The position numbers were made by a program, and so were the translations under genes. Below the pieces are notes generated by a model, which was not told where the DNA came from, did not search any database, and saw nothing but the letters and a program-made list of their open reading frames with translations. Of a DNA stretch of 64,000 nt, positions 40,222-53,050 are shown in pieces; the first letter of the stretch is position 1, and each line of letters starts with the position of its first letter. This DNA is from Leucoraja ocellata (taxonomy: Eukaryota), in the NCBI GenBank assembly GCA_036785375.1, contig JAWMAR010000134.1, positions 6,014,001 to 6,078,000 on the forward strand, written 5' to 3'.

Positions 40222-41890
40222 CTTTTTTTTCATTTAAATTTTTATTGATTTTTAAGAGATATTTTCAAAACAATGCAACACCATCACCATAAATAAAACA
40301 AAGTAAGAAAAACAGCAATCAAAATAACAAAATAGTAGATGGGGGGGGGGGGGGGGAAAGTAAATAAATTAAAAAATTGGAATAAGACCGTGTGGTTCAT
40401 TTACCAAATAAAAAAAAAAAAACATTACATTGATTAGTTATCTGGAGATAATTCAACATTCATACAAACATACCATCTAGTTCTATATAACACAATCTTC
40501 CCATATCTAGCTCGGCATTTATCTAATTGGTGTCATGGCTCAAATAAACAGTCCATTTTTCCCAGATCTTCTCAAATGAATTCTCCTTGACTCTCAAGGA
40601 ATATGTCAATTTCTCCATATTAAAGATGTCTCACACAATTTCTAACCACTGTTCCTGTTTTGGACTTTTTTCATTAAGCCACTGCCTGGTAATGGCCTTC
40701 TTCTTGCTGCAAGCAAAACTTTAATCAAATATGTATCTTCTATTTTTACACTATCTTTAATACGCCCCAGATACATCACAGGGCAGGTATTTGGGATTTT
40801 ATAACCCAAGATATTATTTACAGCTGCATTAACATTTTCCCAGTATGGCCTTATCTTTACACAGTTACAGAAAATATGCGAGTGGTCTGCCTCCGTACTC
40901 CCACACAGCCTCCAATAGTGTTGTTGGACAGCAAGTTGTCTGCTTTTTATTTTGGGTGTTATAAAAAAGCGAGATAGATTCTTCCAGCAAAATTCTCTCC
41001 ATACTAGTGAGCTTGTGGATGAACATTGTGTTTCACACATTTGATACCATTCTTCTTCTGTTATTTGAATCTTTAATTCTGCTTCCCATTTTGTTTTTAT
41101 GTAGAGCGTTGATTCTCCCCCGCTTTCCACCAGAGCTTGGTAGAAAGCAGAGATGACCCGAGACCCCTTCTGATTGTATGCATCCACAATCACCTTGATC
41201 ACATTATTTGAAGTTTCATCTAGTTCTGGCCTTATCTCTTTTATAAAGTAGTCTCTTAATTGCAAGTATCTAAAAAAATCTTTGTTTTCGAGACCATACT
41301 TATAAGCTCATAAACTGGCCATTTTCTGAAACTGTATACATTGCCGTTATGCCTTTTTGTGCCCATTCTTTGAATTTTGAATATACGCCCCTGGCTTAAA
41401 CTTTGAGTCATATGTGAACCACTTCAATGCGTGAACCCCTCTTTTTAATTTGTATTTTTCCACTATAACATTCCATATTTCTAACGTAAATGCTACTATT
41501 GGATCCATAGCATGTCTCAAAGCCCCTCTCAGATATTTGTCTCCCACCAAAATCTGGGTCTGGTAACCCTGTAACTCCCTTTCCATTTCTTTCCATCGAG
41601 ATTCATAATCAGGTCTACACCAACAAGCCAGAGGTCTGAGTTGAGCTGCATAAAAGTATTTCTTCAGCTTTGGTAAAGCCATTCCACCCTTGCTTTTCGG
41701 CAGTTGAAGTGTTATTAATTTTATTCTTGGTTTTTTGCTATTCCAAATGAATCTAGAGATCATTTTATCCCAGGCTATGAATTTATCTCGGGGAACATTA
41801 ATTGGGAGAGATTGGAATAAATATAGTAGTTTAGGTAGGATATTCATTTTTACCGTTTGTATTCTGGCACTGAAGTCTAGAGGAAGGGTC
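40222..41890 (-). mobile_element. L1-clade LINE 3' fragment (ORF2 C-terminus, 3' UTR, A-rich tail)
   Basis: RIQTVKMNILPKLLYLFQSLP, SKGGMALP and zinc-knuckle relic WRLCG...ADHSHIF; frameshifted; T-rich tail at about 40222-40250. Confidence 0.9.
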
Positions 41891-42064
41891 GACCGGGCAA
41901 AGAGCAAACACATAAACGAGGGTTGATCAAAGTATCGATTTAAAGCTGGCATCAGAGAAAGCAATTAGTCTAATAAACGAAGGTTCTGTGGAGGATGAGT
42001 AGTGAAAGGGAGGCAGAGGTGGTGGAGGCATTGGTAAGGGGAAAGTGATTAGGGAAATTATTGT

Positions 42065-42284
42065 GTCGGAAGGAACAGCAGATGCTGGTTTAAACCGAAG
42101 ATAGACACAATGCTGGAGTTACTCAGCGGGATAGACAGCATCTCTGGAGAGAAGGAATGGGTGATGTTTCTGGTTGAGACCCTGATCTGTTTGAAGAGGG
42201 GTCTCGGCCCAGAATGTCACCTATTCCTTCTCTCCAAAGATGCTGCCTGTCCCGCTGAGTTACACTGGCATTTTGTGTCTATCG
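42065..42284. mobile_element. Inverted-pair hammerhead/Penelope-like element
   Basis: Two oppositely oriented arms; TSD agggaaattattgt / agggaaatgattgt (42051-64, 42285-98). Confidence 0.85.
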
Positions 42285-42775
42285 AGGGAAATGATTGTTA
42301 CTGGTTCATTAATTTCTCCCTATTTTAGAAATTTGACTGGCTGTATCATGTTGGTTGCGTCTGACTGTTCCGAAGGGAACAAGAGCTTTCCGCATCATTC
42401 CCACATAGTTGAGTCCCAGCTGTATATGCTGACTGACGTGCCATTGATGCAGAACTCCACATGGAATCCAACAACTGTGCTCTGTTTTACAGGGATTTCT
42501 CAGCATTATGCAAGGAAATTGGCTTCTCCAATCTTACATCTATGCAGCCTGGCTTAAGATCAGAAATCATATTCATTTGAATGGAGATTCTTGGTCTGGT
42601 TAAAGGAACATTTTTATTTTTATTTTTTGATTATTTTTTCATGATTTCAATGAGTTTTTGATTTGGTAAATTTTCCAAATTATTATAACAATCCTAATCC
42701 ATCAATATCATGCACAATTAACAACAATAAAGTAATGTCACGGCCTCAGTGTGGTTTCTTGTCTAACACTGTCAG

Positions 42776-43296
42776 TAGGGTTGCCAACTTTCTCACTCCC
42801 AAATAAGAGACAAAGGGTCAAAATAAGGGACAAATTCCCAACGGCAATTCATTGACTGACTCAGCCATGGCTGAGTGAATGATGAGTTGGCCCGGGTGCT
42901 GGACTGCACACAAAGCCCAGCCGGCGGGCCAGCTGAGGAGTTCTGGCCTGGGCACCAGACTTTGCGTGAGACCTCATGCGCAAAGCCCGGCACCCCATCC
43001 AACTCATGAACCAATGATCGGCCATGAGAAGGAGAGGTGGTAGTGTCAGCGGTAAACGAAGGTCCGAAATTCAGACAACTGGCCAGGCTGCCGACTGACG
43101 GGGCCACAGGCGAGGTGCTGCTGCTGCACTCCATGGGCTGCACTATGTCGGGATGGGTGCGGCGCTCCGACCCGACAGTCCCCTCGATCCGAGTAGTAGC
43201 AGTCAAATATGGGACAAGGGCAGTCCTGAATGGGACAAACCAATTTAGCCCAATATACAGGATGTCCCGACTGATACAGGACATTTGGCAACCCTA
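42776..43296. mobile_element. Non-autonomous hAT element, same family as 27493-28034
   Basis: TIRs tagggttgccaa / ttggcaacccta; TSD actgtcag / accgtctg; colinear with the first copy. Confidence 0.85.
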
Positions 43297-43994
43297 ACCG
43301 TCTGGGTTTTCTGCGGTGGCAACCCTAACTGCACCACCCGAGGCCTAATCAGACGCAAGGCCTTACTATAGCTCTCTATCCATCTCTAGGGTACAGAGAG
43401 TCAACTTGGTTATCCACGGCATCTGGCCCAGATTAGCGTATACAGGCAGCAATTGCAAGCCCTGGTCAGAATGATCTGGTCAAAATCTGCTCAAAATACT
43501 CCTCCTACTTTGGGGTTTTACAGCAGCAATGTTAAGCAGACTGTTTTAGAAATCAAACATCACCTAGAAATCCAAAATGCATAGCAAATAATATTTAATT
43601 ATTCTTGTCTTCCACCTTGGCAGTCTCTTCGGGTCTTTATGGAATGCTACTTTATTCACCTGTTTATCTGAGTCTATGCTTGCTTCAAAATGTATATCTA
43701 ATTTTGTCAGTTAGACGGTTGCATTCTTCATATTTGCTCACTGCCTTGCAGATTGCTTTAATTTATTTTTGCTTTCATTTCACATTTCTTGCATCCACAA
43801 TATTTTGTTTTCGTATTCTTAAGTATTAGCAGTAAATCTAGCTTTAAATATGATAAGGTGAAATGTTATCAAATCTCTCTCTGCAAGGTTACCCTACTAC
43901 AAATGCTGCTATACACGTGGCAATACAACTTTTCCAGGTCAACATCTTCCCAACAAAATAATTAAAAGGCATATTCTTGCCTCAGTTAAAGTTA

Positions 43995-44729
43995 TTGGTC
44001 TGTCCTACTTAGGCGACTTTTTAGGCGACTGCAGGAGACTATGCAGTCGCCACATGTTCGCAGGTGGTTGCCGGGGTGTCACCTTCATGGTCGTGAGGAG
44101 TGTTGAAAAATTAGCAGCAACCAGAATGAAGCCGCCATGGAGAGTAGCGAGAATTCTCGAGCCGTAGGTGGGTTGCCAGGAGATCGAAGTTTCTCATAGA
44201 TTCTCGTAAGTTGTAGCCGGTGCTGACCAGTGAATTTCATTGGCTCGTTGGGGAAAAAAAAAAAGTAAGGAACAGTAGTTTTCAGAAACAAGGATAACCG
44301 ACTGGTAATGTTAAATGTCCGCCGAGCTTCACAGCCGTGTATCTCTGGCTTCTTAAAAGTTGTCTCCACTCCTTCTCTCTCTTTCACCCCCCCCCCTCTC
44401 TCTCCCCCCTCTTTTAAAGGACTTAACGTAGTCGTCTTAATTACAGCGCTAACCTTCCTGTTCATCGCAGTGTTTGTCTGTATCACCTTGGCTTTGCACC
44501 GTGTGAATTTCACTCAGACAGCACCCCCCCCCCCCCCCGCTTGCCCTGTCCCCCACCTGCATAACAGGCTGGTGAAGGAAGCGATGTGTGCGCACGTGTG
44601 TGTGCGTGTGCGTGTGTGTGTGTTCCACTCTGACAGTCGCCGTTCCAGTTGCCGGTTTTTCAGGCGACTGCCGGCAACTCGACAGTCGCCAACATTCGCC
44701 TGAAAAATCGCCTAAGTGGGACAGGCCCA
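43995..44729. mobile_element. PIF/Harbinger MITE (735 bp)
   Basis: TIRs ttggtctgtcctacttaggcga / tcgcctaagtgggacaggccca; TTA TSD at 43992-94 and 44730-32. Confidence 0.85.
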
Positions 44730-45099
44730 TTAAGATCTGAAATATTTCCCAGCATGCAGGAATACTTCTTGCAACACAAGCGTTTTGTAACATGAGCATA
44801 CTAATACAAAGGTTATTGCCTTTTAAAATAATATTCTTAACTGGTTCAAGGGCAGGCTAATTGTGCCAGAATATACTTTTTTTTAAGGAAAAAAGTAAAT
44901 TATTCATTCATTCTTCCCGTGCACTTCATTTGAAGTGAAAGTAAATTAAAATCAGATGCATGAATATAATTTTAGAGGACACGGAAAACCAACTGTTAAT
45001 TACTGTAAGAAAGTACCAAATTCTCCAATGAACCAGCTGTCCCCATGGGTCGTGAAAGACAGTCTCCTATTTCTCAAGGACAGTAACAGCTAAGATCAA

Positions 45100-45324
45100 A
45101 GACAAAAAGAAAAAGCTGGAGTAACCCAGCGGTTCAGACAGCATCTTTGGTGAAAAGGAATAGGTGACGTTTCGGGTCGCGACCCTTCTTCAGGTCTAAA
45201 GAATGGTCTCGACCTGAAACGTCACCTATTCCTTTTCTCCAGAGATGCTGTCTGACCTGCTGAGTTATTCAAGCTTTTTGTGCCTATCTTCGGTTTAAAC
45301 CAGCATCTGCAATTCCTTCCTAAG
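45100..45324. mobile_element. Inverted-pair hammerhead/Penelope-like element
   Basis: Minus arm has an intact core (45166-45193), plus arm has the tail; TSD cagctaagatcaa / cagttgagatcaa. Confidence 0.85.
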
Positions 45325-45505
45325 CAGTTGAGATCAACTGAGAAACACATCTTCTCCAAAAGCAGCTTACTTAGTCAAGGTCCTTTATATAACAGCCTAT
45401 GGATAAAGTACAATGAGCACTGACTGTTGCCCTGTAGCTTGAATATCAACCATATGAAGTGCTTTGAAAGGCTGATAATGGTCCACATCCGGGCCAGTCT
45501 CCACA

Positions 45506-45716
45506 ATAGACACAAAATGCTGGAGTAACTCAGCAGGACAGGCAGCATTTCTGGATAGAAGGAATGAGTGACATTTCGGGTCAAGACCCTTCTTCAGACT
45601 TGACCGAAACGTCGCCCATTCCTTCTATCCAGAGATGCTGACTGGCCCGCTGAGTTACTCCTGCATTTTGTGTTCATCTGCTGTGCATGCCAGCACCTGC
45701 AGTTCTTTCCCACACA
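45506..45716. mobile_element. Inverted-pair hammerhead/Penelope-like element
   Basis: Two opposed arms; degenerate flanking repeat ccagtctccacaata / ccagttcccaaaata. Confidence 0.82.
45567..45600 (-). ncRNA. Minimal type I hammerhead ribozyme motif
   Basis: AGT-CTGAAGA-A-GGGTC-TT-GACCC-GAAA-TG-TC-ACT: all core nucleotides present, stem II and a 3-bp stem I; activity untested. Confidence 0.6.
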
Positions 45717-46164
45717 CCAGTTCCCAAAATAATCCAGACCCCTTACAACAAAAATAGGTCTACAGACGACACCATCTTCCTTGCACCATCACATTCATCT
45801 CTGGATCACCTTGACTATAAGAACACCCACGCCAGGATGTTATTCAGCGCAGCCTTAAAACACCAACATTAAAATGCAACTGGTATCTGGACCCCTGACC
45901 AGCAAGTTTCAATCATTTGTCATCACATTTCCACCACACTAACCCTCAATACTCCTTGCACCTCAGGGTGTGCTCAGCCCCCTGCACTATTCCCTGTACA
46001 GCCATAACCGGGTAACAAATACAGTGCCAACTCAATCTTTAAGTCCGCTAATGATACCACCGCTGTGATCAACAATGATGAGACAAATTACAGGAAAGAA
46101 ATAGGGAGCCTTGTGTCCTGATGTCAGAACAACAACCTAGAGTCTCAGCATGTCAATAGTGATG

Positions 46165-46670
46165 TTTGTTGATCTGAGTACATTGGAGGGACAGAATTGG
46201 CAGCTTAATGTTCCACGGCACATGCGCTACATGCAGGATAGAGGTGGGGATAAAAGAAGAGGAGTTGCATTGTTTATTACGGAGAACATTATGGCAGTAG
46301 TCCGAGATAACATTACTCAGGGGTTGTTAAGTGATAGAGCTGAGCAATAAAAAGGGGACGATCATTTTATTAGGATTGTATCATCGCCCCCCAAATATGG
46401 AAACTAGAGGAACAAATATGCCAGGAGATTGCAGACAGCTGCAAGACTAATAGAGTTGTCATGGATGGAGATTTCCCAATATCGACTGGGACTGCCATTA
46501 TGCCAAGAGGTTAGATACAGTGGCATCTGTCAAGTGAAAATTTCCTCTGGCAATTTGTAGAGGGCGCTGCACAGGAGGAGACAGAGCATGACCTACTCTT
46601 CAGAAATTGGGATGAGCAAGTGACTGAAGTGTCAGTGAAGCCTCTTGGGACCAGCGACCACAGTTCCATA
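46165..46670 (+). mobile_element. CR1 ORF2 endonuclease-region relic
   Basis: WQLNVP...DRGGDKRRGVALFITENI, YHRPP and cttgggaccagcgaccac (LGTSDH). Confidence 0.75.
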
Positions 46671-46789
46671 AATTCCACAGGGCGCAGCAAATTGGCCTGG
46701 CATGGAGTGCAGCATTTAATGCAGTTATGTGATGGAAAATCTTGTAGTTTGCTATCAGGAGCTTTATCAGAAGAAGAGAGTAACTAACC

Positions 46790-47136
46790 TCTTAAAGAAG
46801 ACATTAACATTACCGGTCGGTTATCCTTGGTTCTGAAAACTACTGTTTACGTTTTTTTCCCCAATGAGCCAATGAAATTCACCGGTCTTCAGTGGCAAAA
46901 AACCTACGACAACCTATGACAACCTACGACCTCCTGGCAACCCACTACCACTGCACCTACGTCACGAGAATTCTCGCTACTCTCCATGGCGTCAAATGCT
47001 GGTCGACCAGAATGAAGAACCACTCACCACCATGCAGGCGACACCCCGGCAACCTTTGGCGAACATGTGGTGACCTTGTGGCGATCTTATAGTCTCCTGT
47101 AGTCGCCTAAAAAGTCGCATAAGTGGGGCAGGCCCA
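46790..47136. mobile_element. Partial Harbinger MITE, family of 43995-44729, opposite orientation
   Basis: Reverse-complement match to about 43995-44320; ends taagtggggcaggccca|taa. Confidence 0.8.
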
Positions 47137-48155
47137 TAAAGCGCTTAAATGTTTGTTTTATAATTACAGACTTCCCCAGACATCAAGTTCCTATATATCA
47201 AAAAAGAATTGTGCTACATCAATTCTAAGCAAGATATTTTGTATCATCAGCAAATTTAGTGGCTCTGACTTGTTCATTTGTCAAGGTTATTAATAAACGG
47301 CACAAGTCTTTGCATATTTCCCTATGGGAATCCCAATAGTCACGCCTACTCAACTCTAATAATTACCCTTTACAACCACATTCTGCTGCCTATTGTCAGG
47401 CCAATTTTCTGTTCAACTTACAGATTTTGCGCGAATCCCCAAATGAGCTTTCACTTCAGATATCTTTTGTAAGGGACCTTGTCAAATGAATTTTGAAAGT
47501 CAGGTTACTTGGTATCTGCTGATTTTCTAGCTGAATCATCTCTTTTAAAAAGAACAATTCTTTTCTTATAAACTCACATTAACTTTTGGTGACAGCAATC
47601 TAAAAATCTGCAAAATTTATTCTTTTGTAACAGGGAGACAATTTTCTAATGGCCGACATGAAACAATTTAATCAACTATCCAGAATTATCCTGTGCCAAA
47701 TTCCAAAAATTAATTCCCCACACTTCCTCATTTTTATCCATTCATGCTTATTCCCCCTTCCTCCATATCACATCTTCCATTAACACCTTGAAGAACAGCA
47801 ATCTATTGAATTATGTCAAGTGGAAATCTCAAAATTGTTAAGATCGTCAAAGCAAAACATATGGGCCTGCTCAAAAAAGAAAAATAGAGGGGAAAATTTA
47901 CAGCATCAGCCTTACATATTGTAGAGCAGATTTAGAAGTAGTAACAGAAGAGGGAGGCAAAAGACAGAAGATTGGCAAATAAACCACTCTGCCCAGTCAT
48001 GTGATCAAGCACACATGTAAGTTTCCATGCACAGAAAAATCAGAAGTTTAAATACGACATCACAGAAATTCATTCTTGTATTATTTTTCCTTTGCAACGA
48101 TACATGATTAAAAAAACAATAAGCTAACCCTAAAAAGACACAAAGTGCTAGAGTA

Positions 48156-48522
48156 GGGCAGCACAGTGGTAGTATTGCTGCCTTGTAGAGCCACAGACCC
48201 AGGTTCGATCCTGACTAAGGGTGCAGTCAGTACAGAGTTTCCCTGTGGGTTTTCTTGGGGTCCTCTGGATTCCTCCCACATTCCAAAGACGTGCAGCTTC
48301 CAGTCTGAAGAAGGGTCTCCACCCAAAACATCACCCATTCCTTCTCTCCAGAGATGCTGCCTGTTCAGCTGTTACTCCAGTAGTTTATGTCTATCTTCGG
48401 CATAAACCAGCATCTACTGTTCCTTCCTACAGTTTTGTAGGTTAATTGACTTCTGTAAATTGTCCCTAGTGTGTAGGACTAGAACTAGTGTCCGGTTGGG
48501 CTGAAAGGCCTGTTTCCACACT
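48156..48522 (+). mobile_element. V-SINE interrupted by a hammerhead element (about 48298-48431)
   Basis: The SINE reads ...ccaaagacgtgcag [cagtctgaagaagggtctccacccaaaacatcacc...ttccttcctac] agttttgtaggttaatt... Confidence 0.85.
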
Positions 48523-49377
48523 TGGTAAATGTTAAAAAATGCTGTGATGCTCAGGGGGTCAGGCAGCGTGTCTGGAGAACGTGGCTAGGTGACATTTCAG
48601 GTCAGAACGCTTTACCTCGTGTCTCCAAGCTAACCTTAACATTAGTTTGCTTCAATAATTCCCGTTACATTGCCTCTATTCTTTTGGCATCTCCTTTCAT
48701 TGGAAACAGATAGAAAAATAAGGTAGAAAATCAACCACTATTTGAAAATGACTCCCTGAAATTGAATGGTATGATAAGGTTCAAATACAGGACATCGATT
48801 CATTTAAATCAAACAAGGCAACCCACTGATGTGGGGAATTATAACCTGTCATGTTATATCCAAATGGCAACTATATTGATTGAACTGTTGCAGTCAAAGA
48901 GGCAGCCATCACAAAATAGAAGCATGAATATTGTGTGCAACCTTAATAGACATTTGAAGGTTACCACCTCGATGGTTTATGGAGTTCTCTGAGAATGTTA
49001 ATAAAAATTCAGCAATGAGATTGATAATGACAACTCAAGGAGTGAAGTGAATCATCATTAATGAATGATTGCAGGATTTCAAATCAGAAAGTGTTTTAGT
49101 AAACGACCAAAGGTAATCATGATTCTGAAATAAACACAGCTACATGATGACCTAAACTGGCATGAGATAAGAGAAATTATCCCAAAAAACATTATTAAAA
49201 AGCTTCACTAAGTAACAGCTGTAATTTGGGAAGTTCATTGCGTCATAAGAATACACAGTCTCAAAGGCTAATAAATAGGGAGCAACAAGTCGATAGTCAT
49301 CGTCTTTTAGTGATATCTTGAATGGCATAGATGGCCAGGGCATCAGGCAGAAACACAGGTTGTTACTATGATAATAA

Positions 49378-50215
49378 GATGAGAGGGGAAAGATTTAATA
49401 GGGACCAAAGGGGAAAATTTTTTCACACAGGAGGCGAGTATATGCAATGGGCTGGCAACTGTAGTTGAGGCAGGCAGGCACAATAACAATACCTGAAAGA
49501 CATTTGGACAAGTACATAGATCGGGAAGGATTAGAAGGTTTTGGGTCAGTCATGGACAAATGGGACTGGCTTGGAGCATCGTGGTTGTCATGGATAAATC
49601 GGGCCGAAGGGCCTGTTTCCTTGCTTTAAAATACTATGTCTCTCAGAGGGCGGTGGAGGCTGGTTCTCTGGATGCTTTCAAAAGAGAGCTAGACAGAGCT
49701 CTTAAATATAGTGGAGTCAAGGGATATGGGGAGAAGGCAGGAATGGGGTACTGACTGTGGATAATCAGCCACGATCACATTGCTGGCTCGAGGGGCCCAC
49801 ATTTTAGTTTCATCCGCAAACTTATTAACCACGGTGACTACATTCACATCCAAATCATAAACAATGAATTACAGTGGAATCAGCATCGAATCCTGCAATA
49901 CACCGCTTGTTACAGGTGTCCTGTGTGAAAAAAAAACAAATCTCTATCACCACCCTCTGTCTCCTAACTTTAAACAAATTATCTATGCAATTGGGTAACT
50001 TGCCCTGGATCCCATGCAATCCTAGCTTCCAGATCAGCCTTGCGGTTCATTGTCAGAGGCCTTACTAAAGTCCATGAGGACAACGTCTATCGCACTCTCC
50101 TTGTCAATATCCTCAGTCACCTGTTCAAAAAACTAAAATTGTTGAGTGATTTCCCACACACAAAGTTATGCTGACTACCCAGAATGTTGCCTGTCCAAAT
50201 TCTTGAAGTTCCCCC
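49378..50215. mobile_element. Stack of CR1 fragments
   Basis: Plus-strand 3' ends (SQRAVEAGSLDAFKRELDRAL...GYGEKAG) followed by a minus-strand RT relic. Confidence 0.75.
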
Positions 50216-51041
50216 AGCCACTACCACAAGAAAACCTGCTTGACCTCAACAGATTTCCCAATAATTAAAATAAACCAAGTTTACTAAACTGGTGAATATT
50301 AGATTATTCTCAAGAGCACTCCCAGTGGAACTTATTATAAAGATAATAAGGATGAAGAATAATAGGTGGGGAAATAATTAGTAGACAAGAGTAGTACAAT
50401 ACCAAGACAGAAGATCAGACGCCCAAAAACATTAAATGTTTCCGTCCATAGTGCTTGCGTCATTTCGCAGAATGAACCAATCCAATTCTCTTCCCAGTCA
50501 TATTTTTCTAGTACTTTATCCAATTCCCCTTTATAAGTTCATTGAATCTGCATCAATAATTTCATTTCATATAACTGGAATGGTGCAAAACCAAACTTTA
50601 ACCTCTCTATTCTCCTACTTTTTGTAAGAGAATATCTATCACTGGTACCATTCTATAAATCTCATCTTTAGACTCTCTAGTGATTTGATAACTTTCCTGA
50701 AGTGTGGTGCTATAATCTGAACACTCCATCTGTGATCTAATTAACATCTTGGTAAATTTTAGCATAACTTTCTTGCGTCTATATCCAAAGCCTCAAAGTA
50801 TACCAATAAGATTAACCTATACCTCAACTTGCAAAACTATTTTGTCACATTGATAATTGTGGGAGGCACATTCCCCACAGATATTTTCTGCTTCGAAATC
50901 TAAGTAAATATGGCAATAAGTAATAAAAACCTCTCCTCATGCATCATTTTACCAGAATATATCATCATGCATCGTGCATGATCTCTTCAGGAAATGGAAG
51001 ATCGTACATTTCATTAAACAAACCAACAAGCCAACTAAAAT

Positions 51042-51203
51042 GTTTAAGAAAGAACTGCAGATGCTGGAAAAATCGAAGGTAGACAAAAATGCTGGAGAAA
51101 CTCAGCGGGTGAGGCAGCATCTATGGAGCAACGGAATAGGCGACGTTTCGGGTCGAATCCTTCTTCAGAAACCCGCTGAGTTTCTCCAGCATTTTTGTCT
51201 ACC
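51042..51203 (-). mobile_element. Hammerhead/Penelope-like element with a short inverted arm
   Basis: Minus-strand core CTGAAGAAGGATTCGACCCGAAACGTC; perfect 13-bp TSD agccaactaaaat (51029-41, 51204-16). Confidence 0.88.
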
Positions 51204-52559
51204 AGCCAACTAAAATTAGTACTTTTTGAGAAATAATAATAAAGCACAGTTTTAATTAAAATCTTTGCAATTCTCCAACAACACAACAAAATATCTCTTT
51301 TGATGCATAACTATAATAGAATGACCTTCTGAAACATGATCACTGCTAAATATACCACAGAACCATTTGATTAGTGACGTATCTGATATTCTCAGGCTGA
51401 TTGAGGCTTTGGTGTAATGTAATGAACTGTTCTTAGTCTTTTAACATATCTAAGCCACATTAAACAAATCTGTTGTGCCAGGACACTTAATGTGCTTTTG
51501 AAATGGATACGAGATTCTAAATAGCATAAATACAGCCCAATGTATACTGTAAATAGATCTACCGAATACTTAATTGAATGAGCTGACTTGACTCAGTGAA
51601 GTGGGTGCGTCAGTCAGTCTGGGATGCACTTTTTCTGTTGCTTGATAAATACCAATCAGGTCATAATAATAGGCTGCATCGGGAGAACATTGCTACAGCC
51701 AGCCAGAGTAGACCAGACTGGGTAATTCACCTGTCAGTCAACCACAGAAACCGAACAACTGATTTTTTTTCATGTAATTTATACCCTTCACCTCTACATT
51801 TCTTTGAAAACATTAACCTACTTTTACTGGCAAAAGCAGCTGTAATTTTGTTCACTCTCTTTAAATAGATTGATAGTTAGTCATGAACCTGACGTGTCTA
51901 CTGCATAATGGAAGAACACTGCGAGTCAAAACTCTCTGCCCCACCTTCAACTCACTGTCTGACAATGCTGACAATAAATGTTCTGATATGATGATAATAA
52001 GTCAGAGAACATCCGAAAAGTGGAAAAACGAAAAACTGGAAAGAGTAGCAGTCTCCAGATAATTAAAGATCTGCAGATCTTTAAAATTACATAGACCATG
52101 CAGTATAGAAAGAAGCCATTCAGCTAACCAATCTATTCTCCCATTAATGCTCCTTTCAAGAATTTGTCCTAATCAGATAAAATGACCTTGGGTAGCCTTC
52201 TGGAGGTCTTGTCAGGCTTTCTGCAAACAATTCAAGAATCATTGATTTTACATTCTGACAATGAACAAAGTAATTTCTCCCAAATCCCCTATTTTATTTC
52301 TTATAACCTGATGTAGAAGCCTGCAGTTTTGCTCTTCTCCAAAGACTGAAGCATTCTTTACTTCCATCAATATCCAATAGATCACCCTTCAGCTTGCATC
52401 ATTCAATAAAACGACAAACTGACATTAGACATGCAAAGACACAATACGGGTCAAACATTATTCAAACCAAAAAATGTCATACTCAAAGCAGTACAAATGT
52501 TATAGTCCTTTACTGAAAGGGATGCTTAGTCTGGTATTATTCTTGAGGTCATCAATTAA

Positions 52560-53050
52560 GGGACGCACAGTGGTAGAGTTGCTGCCTTACAGCACCAGAG
52601 TGTTTAAGAAGGAACTGCAGATGCTGGAATCGAAGGTAGACAAAAGTGCTGGAGAAACTCAGCGGGTGCAGCAGCATCCATGGAGCGAAGGAAATAGGCA
52701 ACGTTTCGGGACGAAACCCGAATCTGAAGAAGAGTCTGAAGAAGGGTTTTGGCCCGAAACGTTGCCTGTTTCCTTCGCTCCATAGATGCTGCCGCACCCG
52801 CTGAGTTTCTCCAGCACTTTTGTTTACTTATAGCACCAGAGACCGGGTTCGATCCGTACTACGGGTGCTGTCTGTACAGAGTTTGCACATTCTTCCTGTG
52901 ACCATGTACTCTCTACAAAGACATGCAGGTTTATAGTTTAATCAGCTTCCGTAAATTGTCCCTAATGTGTAGGATAGAACTAGTGTCCGGGTGATCATTG
53001 GTCAAGGCAGACTCAGTGGATGGCCTGTTTCCACAGTGTATCTCTAAATA
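52560..53050 (+). mobile_element. V-SINE interrupted by a hammerhead element
   Basis: Head at 52560-52600; resumes at 52842 with accgggttcgatcc. Confidence 0.85.
52601..52826. mobile_element. Inverted-pair hammerhead/Penelope-like element
   Basis: Plus-strand core CTGAAGA-AGGGTTTTGGCCC-GAAA-CG-TT (52736-52763); 15-bp TSD cttacagcaccagag / cttatagcaccagag. Confidence 0.88.

Larger units (their letters stand above)
45410..46145 (+). mobile_element. Rex1/Babar-like RT fragment, interrupted at 45506-45716
   Basis: MKCFERLIMVHI...NRSTDDTIFLA...DHLDYKNTHARMLF and aagtccgctaatgatacc (decayed KFADD). Confidence 0.8.

Noticed and set aside
42793-43297. ORFs shared with 27711-28041
   Set aside because: Similarity reflects two copies of one non-autonomous hAT element; no transposase motifs.
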